Shown: positions 40,294 to 50,895 of the stretch, piece after piece
How positions within the stretch are numbered: position 1 is the stretch's first letter
How the letters are laid out: each line of letters begins with the position of its first letter
Assembly: GCA_048938105.1 (NCBI GenBank)
Contig: JBHLMN010000002.1
Span: 346,214-410,213, forward strand
DNA length: 64,000 bases
Source of the DNA: Promethearchaeota archaeon
GTDB taxonomy: Archaea; Asgardarchaeota; Heimdallarchaeia; Hodarchaeales; Hodarchaeaceae
Direction: 5' to 3'
Notes under the pieces: model-generated
Seen by the model: the letters and a program-made list of their open reading frames with translations, nothing else
The model's database searches: none
Told to the model about the DNA's origin: nothing
Translations under genes and position numbers: made by a program

Positions 40294-40689
40294 TTATCCT
40301 TCACTTGCACAAAGCTCATCATATTCGTCTGGTGTCATGAGTTTTCCTAATTCTTCATCGAGATTTGATGGTTTAACACGAAGTAACCAGGTTTTGTATG
40401 GATCTTCATTTAACATCTCTGGAGAGTCTTCCACTTCCTCATTAACCTCAATGATCTCTCCAGAGATAGGACTATAAATATCTGATACCGCTTTTACGCT
40501 CTCGACGGAACCATAAACTTCTCCAAATGTTACAGTATCACCAACTTCTGGAAGTTCCACGAAGACAATATCTTTTAGCGCCTTTTGGGCGTAATCAGTT
40601 ATTCCAATTAAACATGATCCATCATCTTCTACTCTGACCCAATCATGTTCTTTATAGTATTTAGCTTTACTATCCAATTCATAGGACAT
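40294..40689 (-). CDS. gcvH: Glycine cleavage system H protein (lipoyl carrier)
   Basis: EHDWV, GITDYAQ, VESVKAVSD (lipoyl Lys), NEDPY. Confidence 0.95.
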   Translation of the reverse strand: MSYELDSKAKYYKEHDWVRVEDDGSCLIGITDYAQKALKDIVFVELPEVGDTVTFGEVYGSVESVKAVSDIYSPISGEIIEVNEEVEDSPEMLNEDPYKTWLLRVKPSNLDEELGKLMTPDEYDELCASEG

Positions 40690-41349
40690 TATAACCAACT
40701 TCATTTATGGATTTGTAATATGAAAATAACCATCAAGCAATTTCATGGATCTATTTTTTATATCTTTGCTTCTTAATTGGAAAAGAGAAATACCTTCTTT
40801 TATTCTCTTTCCGTATATTTTATATTTTTGTGAACTAACAAAGAAACACTGGGTAATAAGAGGGAAAGTACATTATATGTGCAGAAGAAATAAAACTTAG
40901 CATCCAATTATATATATATACTAAATTAACAGACTATTCATTCAATTGGATCAAAAAATCTGATAATAAAACTTCTTTAGAACCAGTGAATTTAATTCTA
41001 ATGAAAAGAATGTACATGAAGTTCATCATGATAAAATAGTTAGAAAGTGATTATAATGGCAATATTCTGCAGAAATGTATTATTAACAATAGTAAAGGAA
41101 AAAAATATCGTTGATTACAAGAAAGATTAAAATGGAAATACGAAATAATTTTTTCACACCCTGAGGTTTTATAAAACTGTTTCTACTCATCTCATTGGTT
41201 CATGATACGTGTGATTATATTGGGTTATGCAACCATGGGTGTAATCGTTGGATTAAATCAGAGTAATACTAAATCCAAAAACAAAGCTATAAATAAATCT
41301 GGATCATCTGAGAGAAGATGAAACAATTTCATCAAGGTGATGTATAAAA

Positions 41350-42477
41350 ATGCTTAATACGGAACCCCACGTCCTTAATCAGGAGACGTTAAGTTCTAGT
41401 GCTGAATCAATTATCAAGGCATGCTATCAATGTGGTAATTGTACTAGTGTATGCCCCTTACGAAGGGTTTCCAAATTCAATCCACGTAGGTTCATACATA
41501 AAGCCCAATTAGGTGGGACTCTAACTGATGATGAATTAACAATGTGCTTAACGTGTGCAAAATGTTTAGAGGTGTGTCCTCAGGAGGTTAACATTCCTGA
41601 ATTCATACGGTTATCACGTGAAGAAACAGTAATCGATGAAAAAAGTTTCGCTCATCATAATGTTTTCAATCTACTGCAGATTTTCATGGCAGAAATGACA
41701 GAAAAGGGAATGGAATTTGATTACGAAGGTGAAATAGACCCAAATTCTAACATTGCATATTTTCCTGGATGCGTCGATCTATTTGATCGTTTTTTAGGTT
41801 TAGAAAAGACTAAATTTCATCCAATTGGGCAAAGTGCAATAAATATAATGAATAAAGTGGGAATTAAACCTAATGTCATTTCTCTTAAGTGTTGTGGTCA
41901 CGATGCTTATTGGACTGGGGATACTGACTCCTTCAATAAAGTTCAGCAATTTAACGTGACTATGATCAAAGAATCAAACATTAAAACACTCGTAACTTCT
42001 TGTGCTGAGTGTTTTTACACATTCAGTGAATTATACGATCTTGACATAAAAATTCAACATATTTCTCAATTCATTGAGGAACACCAAGCTGCACTTGGTT
42101 TTAAGGGAGAAGATGTCACATTAACATATCATGATCCTTGCCGACTTGGTAGGTTTATGAAAGTATATGATAGTCCAAGAACTGTATTAAAAAATACAGG
42201 TGCAACATTAAAAGAGTTACCCCTAAATAAACAATTTACAAATTGTTGTGGGGTATCAGCTTGGCTTAGATGCGATGATCAATCACGTGTAGTAATGTTA
42301 AATAAATTAGAAGAAGCAAAACAGGTAGTTGGTAATGATGGAACACTTACGGTAGCATGTACAAAATGTTTTGCTCATTTAAATTGTGTATTAGAAGATA
42401 GAGAACCTCAACATGATTATCAGCTTCAAGTAAAAGAATTGGGAATGATTATTGACGAAATTTCAACTAAAAAGTAG
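41350..42477 (+). CDS. Soluble HdrD-like (HdrC + CCG) Fe-S protein
   Basis: CYQCGNCTSVCP, CLTCAKCLEVCP, FPGC, CCG, YHDPC, CCG. Confidence 0.88.
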   Translation: MLNTEPHVLNQETLSSSAESIIKACYQCGNCTSVCPLRRVSKFNPRRFIHKAQLGGTLTDDELTMCLTCAKCLEVCPQEVNIPEFIRLSREETVIDEKSFAHHNVFNLLQIFMAEMTEKGMEFDYEGEIDPNSNIAYFPGCVDLFDRFLGLEKTKFHPIGQSAINIMNKVGIKPNVISLKCCGHDAYWTGDTDSFNKVQQFNVTMIKESNIKTLVTSCAECFYTFSELYDLDIKIQHISQFIEEHQAALGFKGEDVTLTYHDPCRLGRFMKVYDSPRTVLKNTGATLKELPLNKQFTNCCGVSAWLRCDDQSRVVMLNKLEEAKQVVGNDGTLTVACTKCFAHLNCVLEDREPQHDYQLQVKELGMIIDEISTKK

Positions 42478-42496
42478 TAATTGAGAGGTAAACAGA

Positions 42497-45400
42497 ATGT
42501 CAGAAGAAAAAATCGGTTCAGTAGCAGTTATAGGTGGAGGAATTGCTGGTATTCAAGCTTCTCTGGATCTTGCAGATCAAGGATTTAAAGTATACCTATT
42601 GGAGAGCAATCCAAGTATCGGTGGGAGAATGGTTCAACTAGATAAGACCTTTCCGACTCTTGATTGCGCGATGTGTATCCTCGGGCCAAAACTAGTAGAT
42701 GTGCAACGTCACCCGAATATTGAACTACTAACTTACTGTGAACCCCAAAACCTTTCCGGTTCAGCTGGAAATTTTACTCTCAAATACCTGAAAAAAGCCC
42801 GTTATGTTGATGAAGCTAAATGTACAGGTTGTGGGGTTTGTGAAGAAAAATGTCCTGTATGGGTATATGATGATTTTAATGAAGGTCTCACACGGAAGGA
42901 TAAGAAGGGAAGAGAAAGAGCTGGAAGAAAAAATATCTCCATTCCATTCCCACAAGCGGTCCCCAAGGTAGCCTATATTCATGCTGAAACTTGTAGATTT
43001 CTTCAAAAAGGGAAATGTGGAGTTTGTAAAAAGAATTGTGGACCTGAGGCAATTGATTTTGATCAGAAAGATGAAGAATGTGAAATAAATGTCGGAGCGG
43101 TCATAACAACAACAGGATTCGATCCTTTTGATGTTAAGAAGATTGAAAGACTCCATTTCGGGGAATATCCAAATGTTTTCACAACCCTGCAGTTTGAAAG
43201 ACTTCTCAGTGCATCAGGCCCAACAGGAGGAGAAGTAATAAGACGATCAGATGGGAAACATCCAAAAAAGGTTGCTTTCCTACAGTGTGTGGGTTCTCGA
43301 GATTTATCTATTGATAGGAGTTACTGTTCCGCAGCTTGTTGCATGTATGCAATCAAAGAGGCCATAATGGCCAAAGAACACGATCTTGGCTTGGAGGTAT
43401 ATATAATATATATGGATATCCGTGCCTTTGGGAAGGGTTTTGATGAATTCTATCGTCGAGCAATTAATGAATTTAATATCCATTTTATCAATTCTCGTGT
43501 TTATGAAATACAAGAAGACCCAGAAACCCATAATCTGTTATTAAAGTATGAAAACTTCGTAGGTACTCCAGGAATTACCACAGAAGAAATGGATATGGTG
43601 GTACTATCTACTGGTATGGATACAAGTTCCCAGACTGACTATTTAAAGGAGTGTCTCCATCTCGAACTTGATGAGTACGGATTTGTCAAAACAGATCCAA
43701 TTAAACCAATTGAAACTAACGTTCCTGGGGTATACGTATGTGGTGTTGCTTCTGGGCCAAAAGATATTCCCGATACCGTTGCTCAGGCCAGTGGAGCCGC
43801 TGCTAAAGCCTCTATATTGTTAAAAAACGTCAGAGGAACACAAATTGAAGAAGTTAAGCTACCTAGGCCTTTAAAGGTGAGTCCTGAAGACGAAGCTCGT
43901 GTGGGTGTGTTCGTTTGCCATTGTGGGCATAATATTGCTTCCGTTGTTGATGTTAAAGCAGTCGCAGAATATGCTGAAACATTCCCAAATGTGAAATATG
44001 CCACTGATCCCATGTATGCATGCGCAGCAGATACTCAGTTATTAATTAAAGAAAAAATTAAAGAACATAATTTGAATAGAATAATTGTTGCTTCTTGTAC
44101 ACCTAGAACTCATGAACCCTTATTTAGGAGCACACTTCAAGAAGTAGGACTGAATGAGTTCCTTTTTGATCTTACAAATCTTCGGGAACATATCTCGTGG
44201 GTTCATCCACACCAAGAAGAGGATGCAACTGAAAAAGCAAAAGATATGATTAGAGGTGCTCTAGCTCGTACATGTCGGCTCGAACCCCTTTTAAAAGAGA
44301 AAATTCCTATTATCCAAAAAGCAGTCGTTATTGGAGGAGGCGTCACGGGAATGACCTGTGCACTTGACATCGCAAGAGGCGGGTACGAAGTTTATCTCAT
44401 AGAAAAGGAAGATCAATTAGGTGGGGAACTTCTTCAAATCCCACAGCTTCATCAGGGTCTTAAAGGAAAAGAGATAGTTGATGATTTAGTAAGTCAAGTT
44501 GAAAATGAACGCAATATCACTGTTTTCACTAATGCTGAAATAGAGGACATTAGCGGAGCTGTTGGGAATTTCAAAGCAACAATAAAAGGTCAAGAGATCG
44601 AATTTGGAGCCGCAGTAATTGCTACTGGGGCTGAACCATTTATTCCTAATGGATATTACCAATATGGAAAGAATTCTAATGTATTAACTCAACGAGAGTT
44701 TGAACTAGAGTTTGATAATTTAGACCCTCAAACTGTTGTCATGATTCAATGTGTTGGCTCTCGTGAAGAAGAACCTCCAAGATCTTATTGCTCACGGATT
44801 TGTTGTACTACTGCTATTAAGAACAGTATTCGTATCAAAGAAAGAAATCCAAACGCAAATGTATTCGTTCTTTACAAAGATATCCGAACTTACGGAACCC
44901 TTGAGGAATTGTATCTGAAATCAAGACAACTCGGGGTTGTTTACATCCGTTACAATGATGATCAAAAACCAGAAGTTCACTCCGATGGCAAGGTAGAAGT
45001 ATTTGACCAAACACTAGGGGAATTCCTTCAGATAAATCCAGATCTTATTTTACTTAGCACTCCTCTGGTTCCAAAACCAAATGAAGATCTTAGCCAAAAG
45101 TTTAAGGTACCTCGTGGGGCTGATCATTACTTCTTAGAAGCACATGTAAAATTACGTCCAATTGACTTTGCTACAGATGGAGTATTCCTTGCTGGTACTG
45201 CCCACTATCCGAAATTCACGAATGAAAGTATTTACCAAGCAAGCGGTGCAGCAGTCAGGGTTATGGCGCTATTAGCACTAGGTTACCTTCTTTCCGAAGG
45301 TGCCATTTCTGAGGTTGATCAAGATGTTTGTCGAGGTTGTGGAAGATGTGCTGAAATTTGTCCATTTAAAGCGATTGAGCTCCAAGAAAAAGTAGTAGAA

Positions 45401-45616
45401 TTGGAAACAAAGACTCTCAAGACAGTTAAGGCTTTCGTTAATCCAGGAGTATGTAAAGGCTGTGGTCTTTGCGTAGTAACATGTCCTGTGAGTGCTATTA
45501 CAATAAATCACTTCCAAGACGAAACAATTGAAGCTCAAGTTAATGCTATTCTTACTAAACCAGAGGTAACAGCTTCCTCGTCAAATACAGGACAACCACC
45601 AGTGGAGGCGCCTTAA
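42497..45616 (+). CDS. hdrA: Large HdrA-family flavoprotein with two FAD/Fe-S modules
   Basis: GGGIAG, LDKTFPTLDC, QCVGSRD, YCSAACC, CHCG, second GGGVTG/QCVGSR/YCSRICC, C-terminal ferredoxin motifs. Confidence 0.93.
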   Translation: MSEEKIGSVAVIGGGIAGIQASLDLADQGFKVYLLESNPSIGGRMVQLDKTFPTLDCAMCILGPKLVDVQRHPNIELLTYCEPQNLSGSAGNFTLKYLKKARYVDEAKCTGCGVCEEKCPVWVYDDFNEGLTRKDKKGRERAGRKNISIPFPQAVPKVAYIHAETCRFLQKGKCGVCKKNCGPEAIDFDQKDEECEINVGAVITTTGFDPFDVKKIERLHFGEYPNVFTTLQFERLLSASGPTGGEVIRRSDGKHPKKVAFLQCVGSRDLSIDRSYCSAACCMYAIKEAIMAKEHDLGLEVYIIYMDIRAFGKGFDEFYRRAINEFNIHFINSRVYEIQEDPETHNLLLKYENFVGTPGITTEEMDMVVLSTGMDTSSQTDYLKECLHLELDEYGFVKTDPIKPIETNVPGVYVCGVASGPKDIPDTVAQASGAAAKASILLKNVRGTQIEEVKLPRPLKVSPEDEARVGVFVCHCGHNIASVVDVKAVAEYAETFPNVKYATDPMYACAADTQLLIKEKIKEHNLNRIIVASCTPRTHEPLFRSTLQEVGLNEFLFDLTNLREHISWVHPHQEEDATEKAKDMIRGALARTCRLEPLLKEKIPIIQKAVVIGGGVTGMTCALDIARGGYEVYLIEKEDQLGGELLQIPQLHQGLKGKEIVDDLVSQVENERNITVFTNAEIEDISGAVGNFKATIKGQEIEFGAAVIATGAEPFIPNGYYQYGKNSNVLTQREFELEFDNLDPQTVVMIQCVGSREEEPPRSYCSRICCTTAIKNSIRIKERNPNANVFVLYKDIRTYGTLEELYLKSRQLGVVYIRYNDDQKPEVHSDGKVEVFDQTLGEFLQINPDLILLSTPLVPKPNEDLSQKFKVPRGADHYFLEAHVKLRPIDFATDGVFLAGTAHYPKFTNESIYQASGAAVRVMALLALGYLLSEGAISEVDQDVCRGCGRCAEICPFKAIELQEKVVELETKTLKTVKAFVNPGVCKGCGLCVVTCPVSAITINHFQDETIEAQVNAILTKPEVTASSSNTGQPPVEAP

Positions 45617-45631
45617 GAGACGGTGATAAAA

Positions 45632-46081
45632 ATGGCTAAAGCTACAACTAAACCACAAAAAGTTTTAGGAGAGTCTTTTGAACCAACGATTATTGTTTTC
45701 GCTTGCAATTGGTGTTCCTATGCTGGAGCAGATCTAGCTGGAGTTTCTCGTTTAACATATCCTACAAATGTCCGTATAGTGCGTGTAATGTGTTCTGGAC
45801 GAGTTGACCCCTCTTTCATATTCAAAGCTTTCCTCAAAGGAGCAGATGGAGTCCTAATTGCAGGGTGCCATCCAGGGGATTGCCATTATCTTGAGGGAAA
45901 TTTAAGTGCGGAAGTTCGTATAAATAATACCATAGAATCGTTAAAAATATTGGGTTGGGAACCTGGCCGTCTTCGTCTTGAATGGATCTCTGCATCTGAA
46001 GGAAAACGATTTGCTCAAGTCATGAGTGAGTTTACACAACAAATAAAGGAGCTTGGACCCATAAAAACTATTAAAACATAA
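45632..46081 (+). CDS. mvhD: MvhD/FlpD [2Fe-2S] subunit
   Basis: CNWCSYAGAD, MCSGRV, GCHPGDCHY, WISASE. Confidence 0.93.
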   Translation: MAKATTKPQKVLGESFEPTIIVFACNWCSYAGADLAGVSRLTYPTNVRIVRVMCSGRVDPSFIFKAFLKGADGVLIAGCHPGDCHYLEGNLSAEVRINNTIESLKILGWEPGRLRLEWISASEGKRFAQVMSEFTQQIKELGPIKTIKT

Positions 46082-46096
46082 ATAGGTGAAATCATA

Positions 46097-47317
46097 ATGG
46101 CAACTTCAACACAAACAGGATCAAAAAAAGCATATGTCGTAAAGCCTGAAGTATTTAGTACAATAAAGAAATTTGGAGCATTTGACGTTTCTGCTTGCTT
46201 TTCATGTGGCCAATGTACGGTCACATGCCCTTTATCAGTAAGTGGAAGTGAATTTCCAAGGAAAATCATTCGATATGCTGTTCTGGGTTTGGAAGAGAAA
46301 ATATTATCACAGACAGAACCTTGGTTATGCTACTACTGTGGAAACTGCTCAACAACGTGTCCAAGTCAGGCTGAGCCTGGTGAATTTATGATGGCAACCC
46401 GTAGATACCTTACATCGAGATATGACTGGACAGGTTTGTCTAAAAGATTCTATCTATCTGAAAGATGGGAATTTGGCGCTCTCATTGGACTAGCTCTTCT
46501 CATACTTGGTATCTTTGTTGTTTCTACGTTAATGGGTATTAGTACAATGAAAGCAGATGGAGTTTCAATCGATGCTTTTGCCCCCCCCGAGTGGATACAC
46601 CTTGGAGATCTTGTTTTATTAGGTGTTTTATCGGTTCTTCTCCTTTCAAATGCCTTTAGAATGTTTTATTTTGTTATGTTGAAGGATGATAGCGTGAAAG
46701 TTCCATTCAAGCTCTATATAACATCAATAGGGGCATACATTAAATTTGCATTTAGTGCTTTGACACAATATCGATGGGCTAGTTGTGATAATAAATGGCG
46801 ATGGATTAAACACCTAATTCTCGTATCAGGATATGTCATAATGTTTTCTTTAGTGATTGTCTTCCTTAAAAATCCCTTTGCAGGTTTAGCTTGGTTTCCA
46901 GCAGAATTACAACCGTTAATCCCAAAGCTTCAGATAGATGATACGACATGGCATTGGACATCACTTCTAGGCTATTATGGGACAGCAGCATTACTTTTTG
47001 TGACACTTGAATCAATGTGGAGTCGTTATAAGAAAAGAGAGGAGATTCATAAATTCTCACATACCTCGGACTGGATATTCTTAATTCTGTTGTTTCTAAC
47101 TGCTTTGACTGGGATTTTTCTTCACTTATTCCGGCTTATGAACTTAACCTATCCAAGCTATTTCATCTATGTGATTCACCTTATGATAGCTGGACCTATG
47201 CTGATAGTGGAAGTCCCATTTGGGAAATGGTCACACATGCTCTATAGACCCTTGGCAGTTTATTTTGCAACCGTGAAAGAAAAGGCTAGGCTGATAGCAG
47301 CCTCAGCATCATTGTAA
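46097..47317 (+). CDS. QmoC-like protein (HdrC-type 2x[4Fe-4S] + cytochrome b membrane domain)
   Basis: CFSCGQCTVTCP, PWLCYYCGNCSTTCP, TM helices with His, PFGKWSHMLYRP. Confidence 0.85.
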   Translation: MATSTQTGSKKAYVVKPEVFSTIKKFGAFDVSACFSCGQCTVTCPLSVSGSEFPRKIIRYAVLGLEEKILSQTEPWLCYYCGNCSTTCPSQAEPGEFMMATRRYLTSRYDWTGLSKRFYLSERWEFGALIGLALLILGIFVVSTLMGISTMKADGVSIDAFAPPEWIHLGDLVLLGVLSVLLLSNAFRMFYFVMLKDDSVKVPFKLYITSIGAYIKFAFSALTQYRWASCDNKWRWIKHLILVSGYVIMFSLVIVFLKNPFAGLAWFPAELQPLIPKLQIDDTTWHWTSLLGYYGTAALLFVTLESMWSRYKKREEIHKFSHTSDWIFLILLFLTALTGIFLHLFRLMNLTYPSYFIYVIHLMIAGPMLIVEVPFGKWSHMLYRPLAVYFATVKEKARLIAASASL

Positions 47318-47371
47318 ACCACAAATTTCCCTTTTTTTTCTATAAGCTAAAACTAGATCAAATCAATAATC

Positions 47372-48397
47372 CTAACCTAAAATTCTTTTAACTATTATTG
47401 TTTCTTTTTTATCCTCAATTTTAAGGAAATAGATAATTCCACTTGTATTTGTGGGCTTAAATTCAATAGAAACATCTTTTTTTGGAGCCCATTTCTCTAT
47501 TTTTGAGACAAGAATGTCCTTTCCAAAAAATCCCTGAGATTCATAAATTTTAAGAAGAGGATTAATAATCACATCTGAGCTATTATTACGAACTGTTACC
47601 TGAACCAATCTATTGTCAAAATGTTTTATATCGACGATTTCAACGCGTTCTGGTTCTAAAGCTAGAGTAACTTCTGGTCTGGCTTTATTAATCTCATGAT
47701 TTTTCCCCATGGGTATTGAAAATCGTAGTTTGGGTTTATTTTGATGTAATTGAATCGGTGATTCTTGAATGTCAGATTCTAGTCCAGCGATTTCTTCTTG
47801 GGATCTCCTTTCAAGGACCTTATCAAGTTCAGTGATAGGGATTTTCGGAATTAATGATATGCAAAGGTTTCTCAGTTGATACTCAATGTCTTTCGCTTTC
47901 TTTTTCAGAAAATCCCTAATCTCAGACTCTTCTTCCATTTTAAGGTGATTTTCCACAAGGAAACATAGGTTTTCACCAATAGAGTCTTTTATCCTTGTCT
48001 TCAGTTCATGTAATATCTCTTGAGCAACGAAAGAGACTGTTGAAGGAGCCTTAACGATTAAAACAAACCTTTCTGCTTGCCACTTTTCAGAATCCATTCC
48101 AGAACGTCTTTTAGCTCTTCTAGTCTGGCATAAAATGAGGGTTGCACAGTAGATAATACCTCTCAATTCTAAATCAATAGAGATAAACTTCTCTGATTCC
48201 AAAAATTTATCTTGGTGCCACCAGATACTATGTATTGAAATGATCTTCTTTTCCTCTTTGTTATATAATAATCCTGGTGGATAAGTAAAAAGTGGAATAT
48301 GTCCTTGTACTTCGTCAAAAAAGTAGAGAAAAAATCCATAAGAATCATCAGTAATTGATTGATCATTTGTGGTTAAAAAATGATCGCGATTACTCAT
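47372..48397 (-). CDS. Hypothetical protein; N-terminal longin/uDENN-like domain and C-terminal beta-sandwich
   Basis: FFLYFFDEVQGHIPLFTYP start; C-terminal VQVTVRNNS...VSIEF...YFLKIED. Confidence 0.65.
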   Translation of the reverse strand: MSNRDHFLTTNDQSITDDSYGFFLYFFDEVQGHIPLFTYPPGLLYNKEEKKIISIHSIWWHQDKFLESEKFISIDLELRGIIYCATLILCQTRRAKRRSGMDSEKWQAERFVLIVKAPSTVSFVAQEILHELKTRIKDSIGENLCFLVENHLKMEEESEIRDFLKKKAKDIEYQLRNLCISLIPKIPITELDKVLERRSQEEIAGLESDIQESPIQLHQNKPKLRFSIPMGKNHEINKARPEVTLALEPERVEIVDIKHFDNRLVQVTVRNNSSDVIINPLLKIYESQGFFGKDILVSKIEKWAPKKDVSIEFKPTNTSGIIYFLKIEDKKETIIVKRILG

Positions 48398-48702
48398 ACT
48401 TAGATTTTTCTCCTTTTTTTCATGATTAGGTTAATTTAGGATAGTTTTTAAAAATTTATATGCTATGATACATACTTTTTTTAATATTTAAATCTTTTTG
48501 TGACCTTTTTGTATTTAATATATTTAAGTCAACATCAAACGATCATTTAAAGGACTTGAAGGGAAATTCACAGGTTTGATTAGCAATTAGGAAATATCAC
48601 GATATTTCTTTCTAGAAAATTCATGTATTACTTCTGAAACGACTGTCTAAACATTTTAATGGCTTTTTCTAGAGAGAATTTGATAGGAGTTAATAGAAAG
48701 AG

Positions 48703-49212
48703 TTGATTCAAACTAAGCATCTTGTAGTATTAGGGGTAGGTAATGAGATTAGAATGGATGATGGAGCTGGAATCAGGGTTGTTGAACGTCTAGAACGAGA
48801 TTCAAGCTTAGAACACTTGAATATTTCATTTAAATATTTAAATACAGGGGGATTTGACATCTTAGATGAAATCGATGGTTATAAAAGAGCAATAATTGTT
48901 GATGCTGCCTCTATGACTGACCAGGGGTTAAAACCCGGAGAATTCTTCTATATAAGTGACTTAAGTGAATATAGCACAGGACACCTTATTGGGGTATCTT
49001 CCCATGGAATAGGTGTACTTCAAATTTTAAGATATGCTAAAGTAGGGGGATATAGAGTTCCACATCAGATTGAGGTCTATGGTATACAAGTTAAAGAGAC
49101 TGGTTATTTCAGTGAGAAATTAACCCCTGAAGTCGCAGAGGGAGTTGAGAATTTAGTTAATATATTAAGAGAGCGAATTTTGAAAGTTTTTTCTGATTAT
49201 AACGAGGGTTAA
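48703..49212 (+). CDS. Hydrogenase maturation protease
   Basis: LGVGNEIRMDDGAG, IVDAA, SSHG. Confidence 0.9.
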   Translation: MIQTKHLVVLGVGNEIRMDDGAGIRVVERLERDSSLEHLNISFKYLNTGGFDILDEIDGYKRAIIVDAASMTDQGLKPGEFFYISDLSEYSTGHLIGVSSHGIGVLQILRYAKVGGYRVPHQIEVYGIQVKETGYFSEKLTPEVAEGVENLVNILRERILKVFSDYNEG

Positions 49213-49227
49213 ATCGTTTTCCTATCA

Positions 49228-50738
49228 TCATTTCCAATAATCTTTCATAATCTTTTGGGCACAGGAATAACCTGCCATAATCGCTCCAGAAAAACCCCCA
49301 CTTCCAGTCCAAGCTGATGCACAACACAAATTCCGTATAGGTGGTTTCCGGATATTGTGCTTCATTGGTTCAACTTGATTAAGTGTTTGAGCGAAGGCAT
49401 ATACCGTCCCTTCAAGATTTAATGTATATCGAAGCATAGTTTTTGGAGTAGCTACTTCATGATAAATGATTATGTTTTTTATACCAGGAATAACTTTATC
49501 TAATCTATCGATGAAAATTTTTGCCACCTCTTCTTTTTTACTATCATATTCTGTTTTATCTAGTCGATTTCAGTGATTTAAGTAATCAATATAACAAATT
49601 ACTCCTGTATAAATTCCTTCATCATTGATCTGAGAATCTATCATACTATAATCAACAAATGTGAACCCTTTCTTTGAGTAGTCACCGCTTTTCTCTCGTG
49701 GATAGAAATCTTTCAATTTGGTGAGATCTTCGGAAAGAACGAATATGGAATACGCGTTATGCCCTAGAGTTACAGGAGGTTTAGAAAAAACAAGATATAA
49801 TGAGAGTATTGAGCATGCTAGTTTAAGAGAATTAACTCTCTTTTGGTATTCCGTATTTTGAAGTTGTGGAACTAATTCATTGACAACGTTTGGAAGAGCT
49901 GCATTTGCTAATACCACTTTTGCATGAACACAGAATTCTTCGTGATCTTTCGTATTCTTTTGCTTTGTTTGCGTATATTTAACTCCAATGGCACTATCCT
50001 TTTCAGTGATAATTTCTGTAGCCAGATGTTTTAGTATAATGGTACCATTATTATTTGAAATAACACTGGCTAAGTGATCTGAAAGTGTTTGTGATCCTCC
50101 TTTGATAAAATGTCCACCTCCAGTAAAATAACTAATCTGAGAGGCAGAAAAGAAAATCAAGGAGAGGCCATAAGGATCATCATGATAATACCCTAAATTT
50201 TCAGTTAAAACGAATTTTAGATCTTCATTATCAGTGATTGTGTCAAGGTACTCCCCAATACTTGTTTGACTAATAGAGGCTAGTTTTTCTAAGTTTCCTT
50301 CTACAAGATAATCATAAATTTGCTTGATATCCTTAAAAAAAGTATCCACAGCATCTTTTTCATCTGGAAATGCTTTTGAGAGAACATCTTTAACTTCAGG
50401 AATATTTTGTGGTATTGAAATATCAAATTTACCATTTGTTATTCGGAAAATTCTGGAACTCTAATAAATTTGACCTTGTTATTTACTTCTAGTTCTTCAA
50501 ATATATGGTTTTTAGGGTCAAATGCGTTATCTATCCCGTCCATCTCATGTAATCCGACTTCAAATCCAGTTTTTTTGCCCTGAATTTTTCTATGAAAGAC
50601 AGTGGCACATCCCCCTACTTTTTCGTGTTGTTCAATTAGAAATACCTTCTTCCCTTCTTTGGCTAGTTTCGCTCCTGCAGTCAGTCCTGCAAGGCCTGAA
50701 CCAATGATGATCACGTCATATTCCTGCATTATCATCAT
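49228..50738 (-). pseudogene. Disrupted phytoene dehydrogenase-like FAD oxidoreductase (one frameshift and one in-frame stop)
   Basis: IIIGSGLAGL...EQH..VGG; 1-nt deletion near 50447 (restoring it gives EFFRITNGKFDISIP); in-frame TGA at 49570-49572 then NRLDKTEYDSKKEEVAK; ATPKT, GGFSGA. Confidence 0.85.
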
Positions 50739-50895
50739 TTCCAGTTGAAATATTAAGTTTTAGTAAATAAGAAGCTAGCTATATCTATATTAATATTTTA
50801 TGTAAATACTTAAAGAAAAACAGAATATCTGCCAAATTAATAGAAAATAAATTGAGGGAAAAAAATAAAAAACCAAACTCATCTATCTAGGTTAA

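Noticed and set aside
41192-41238. Imperfect long hairpin upstream of the hdr operon, considered as a SECIS or leader RNA
   Set aside because: Many bulges and G-U pairs, no SECIS core geometry, and no Sec codon to serve.
42497-46081. Possible selenoproteins (HdrA and MvhD are Sec proteins in some archaea)
   Set aside because: Both ORFs are uninterrupted and have Cys at the relevant motifs (YCSAACC, CNWC, GCHPGDCHY); there is no in-frame TGA.
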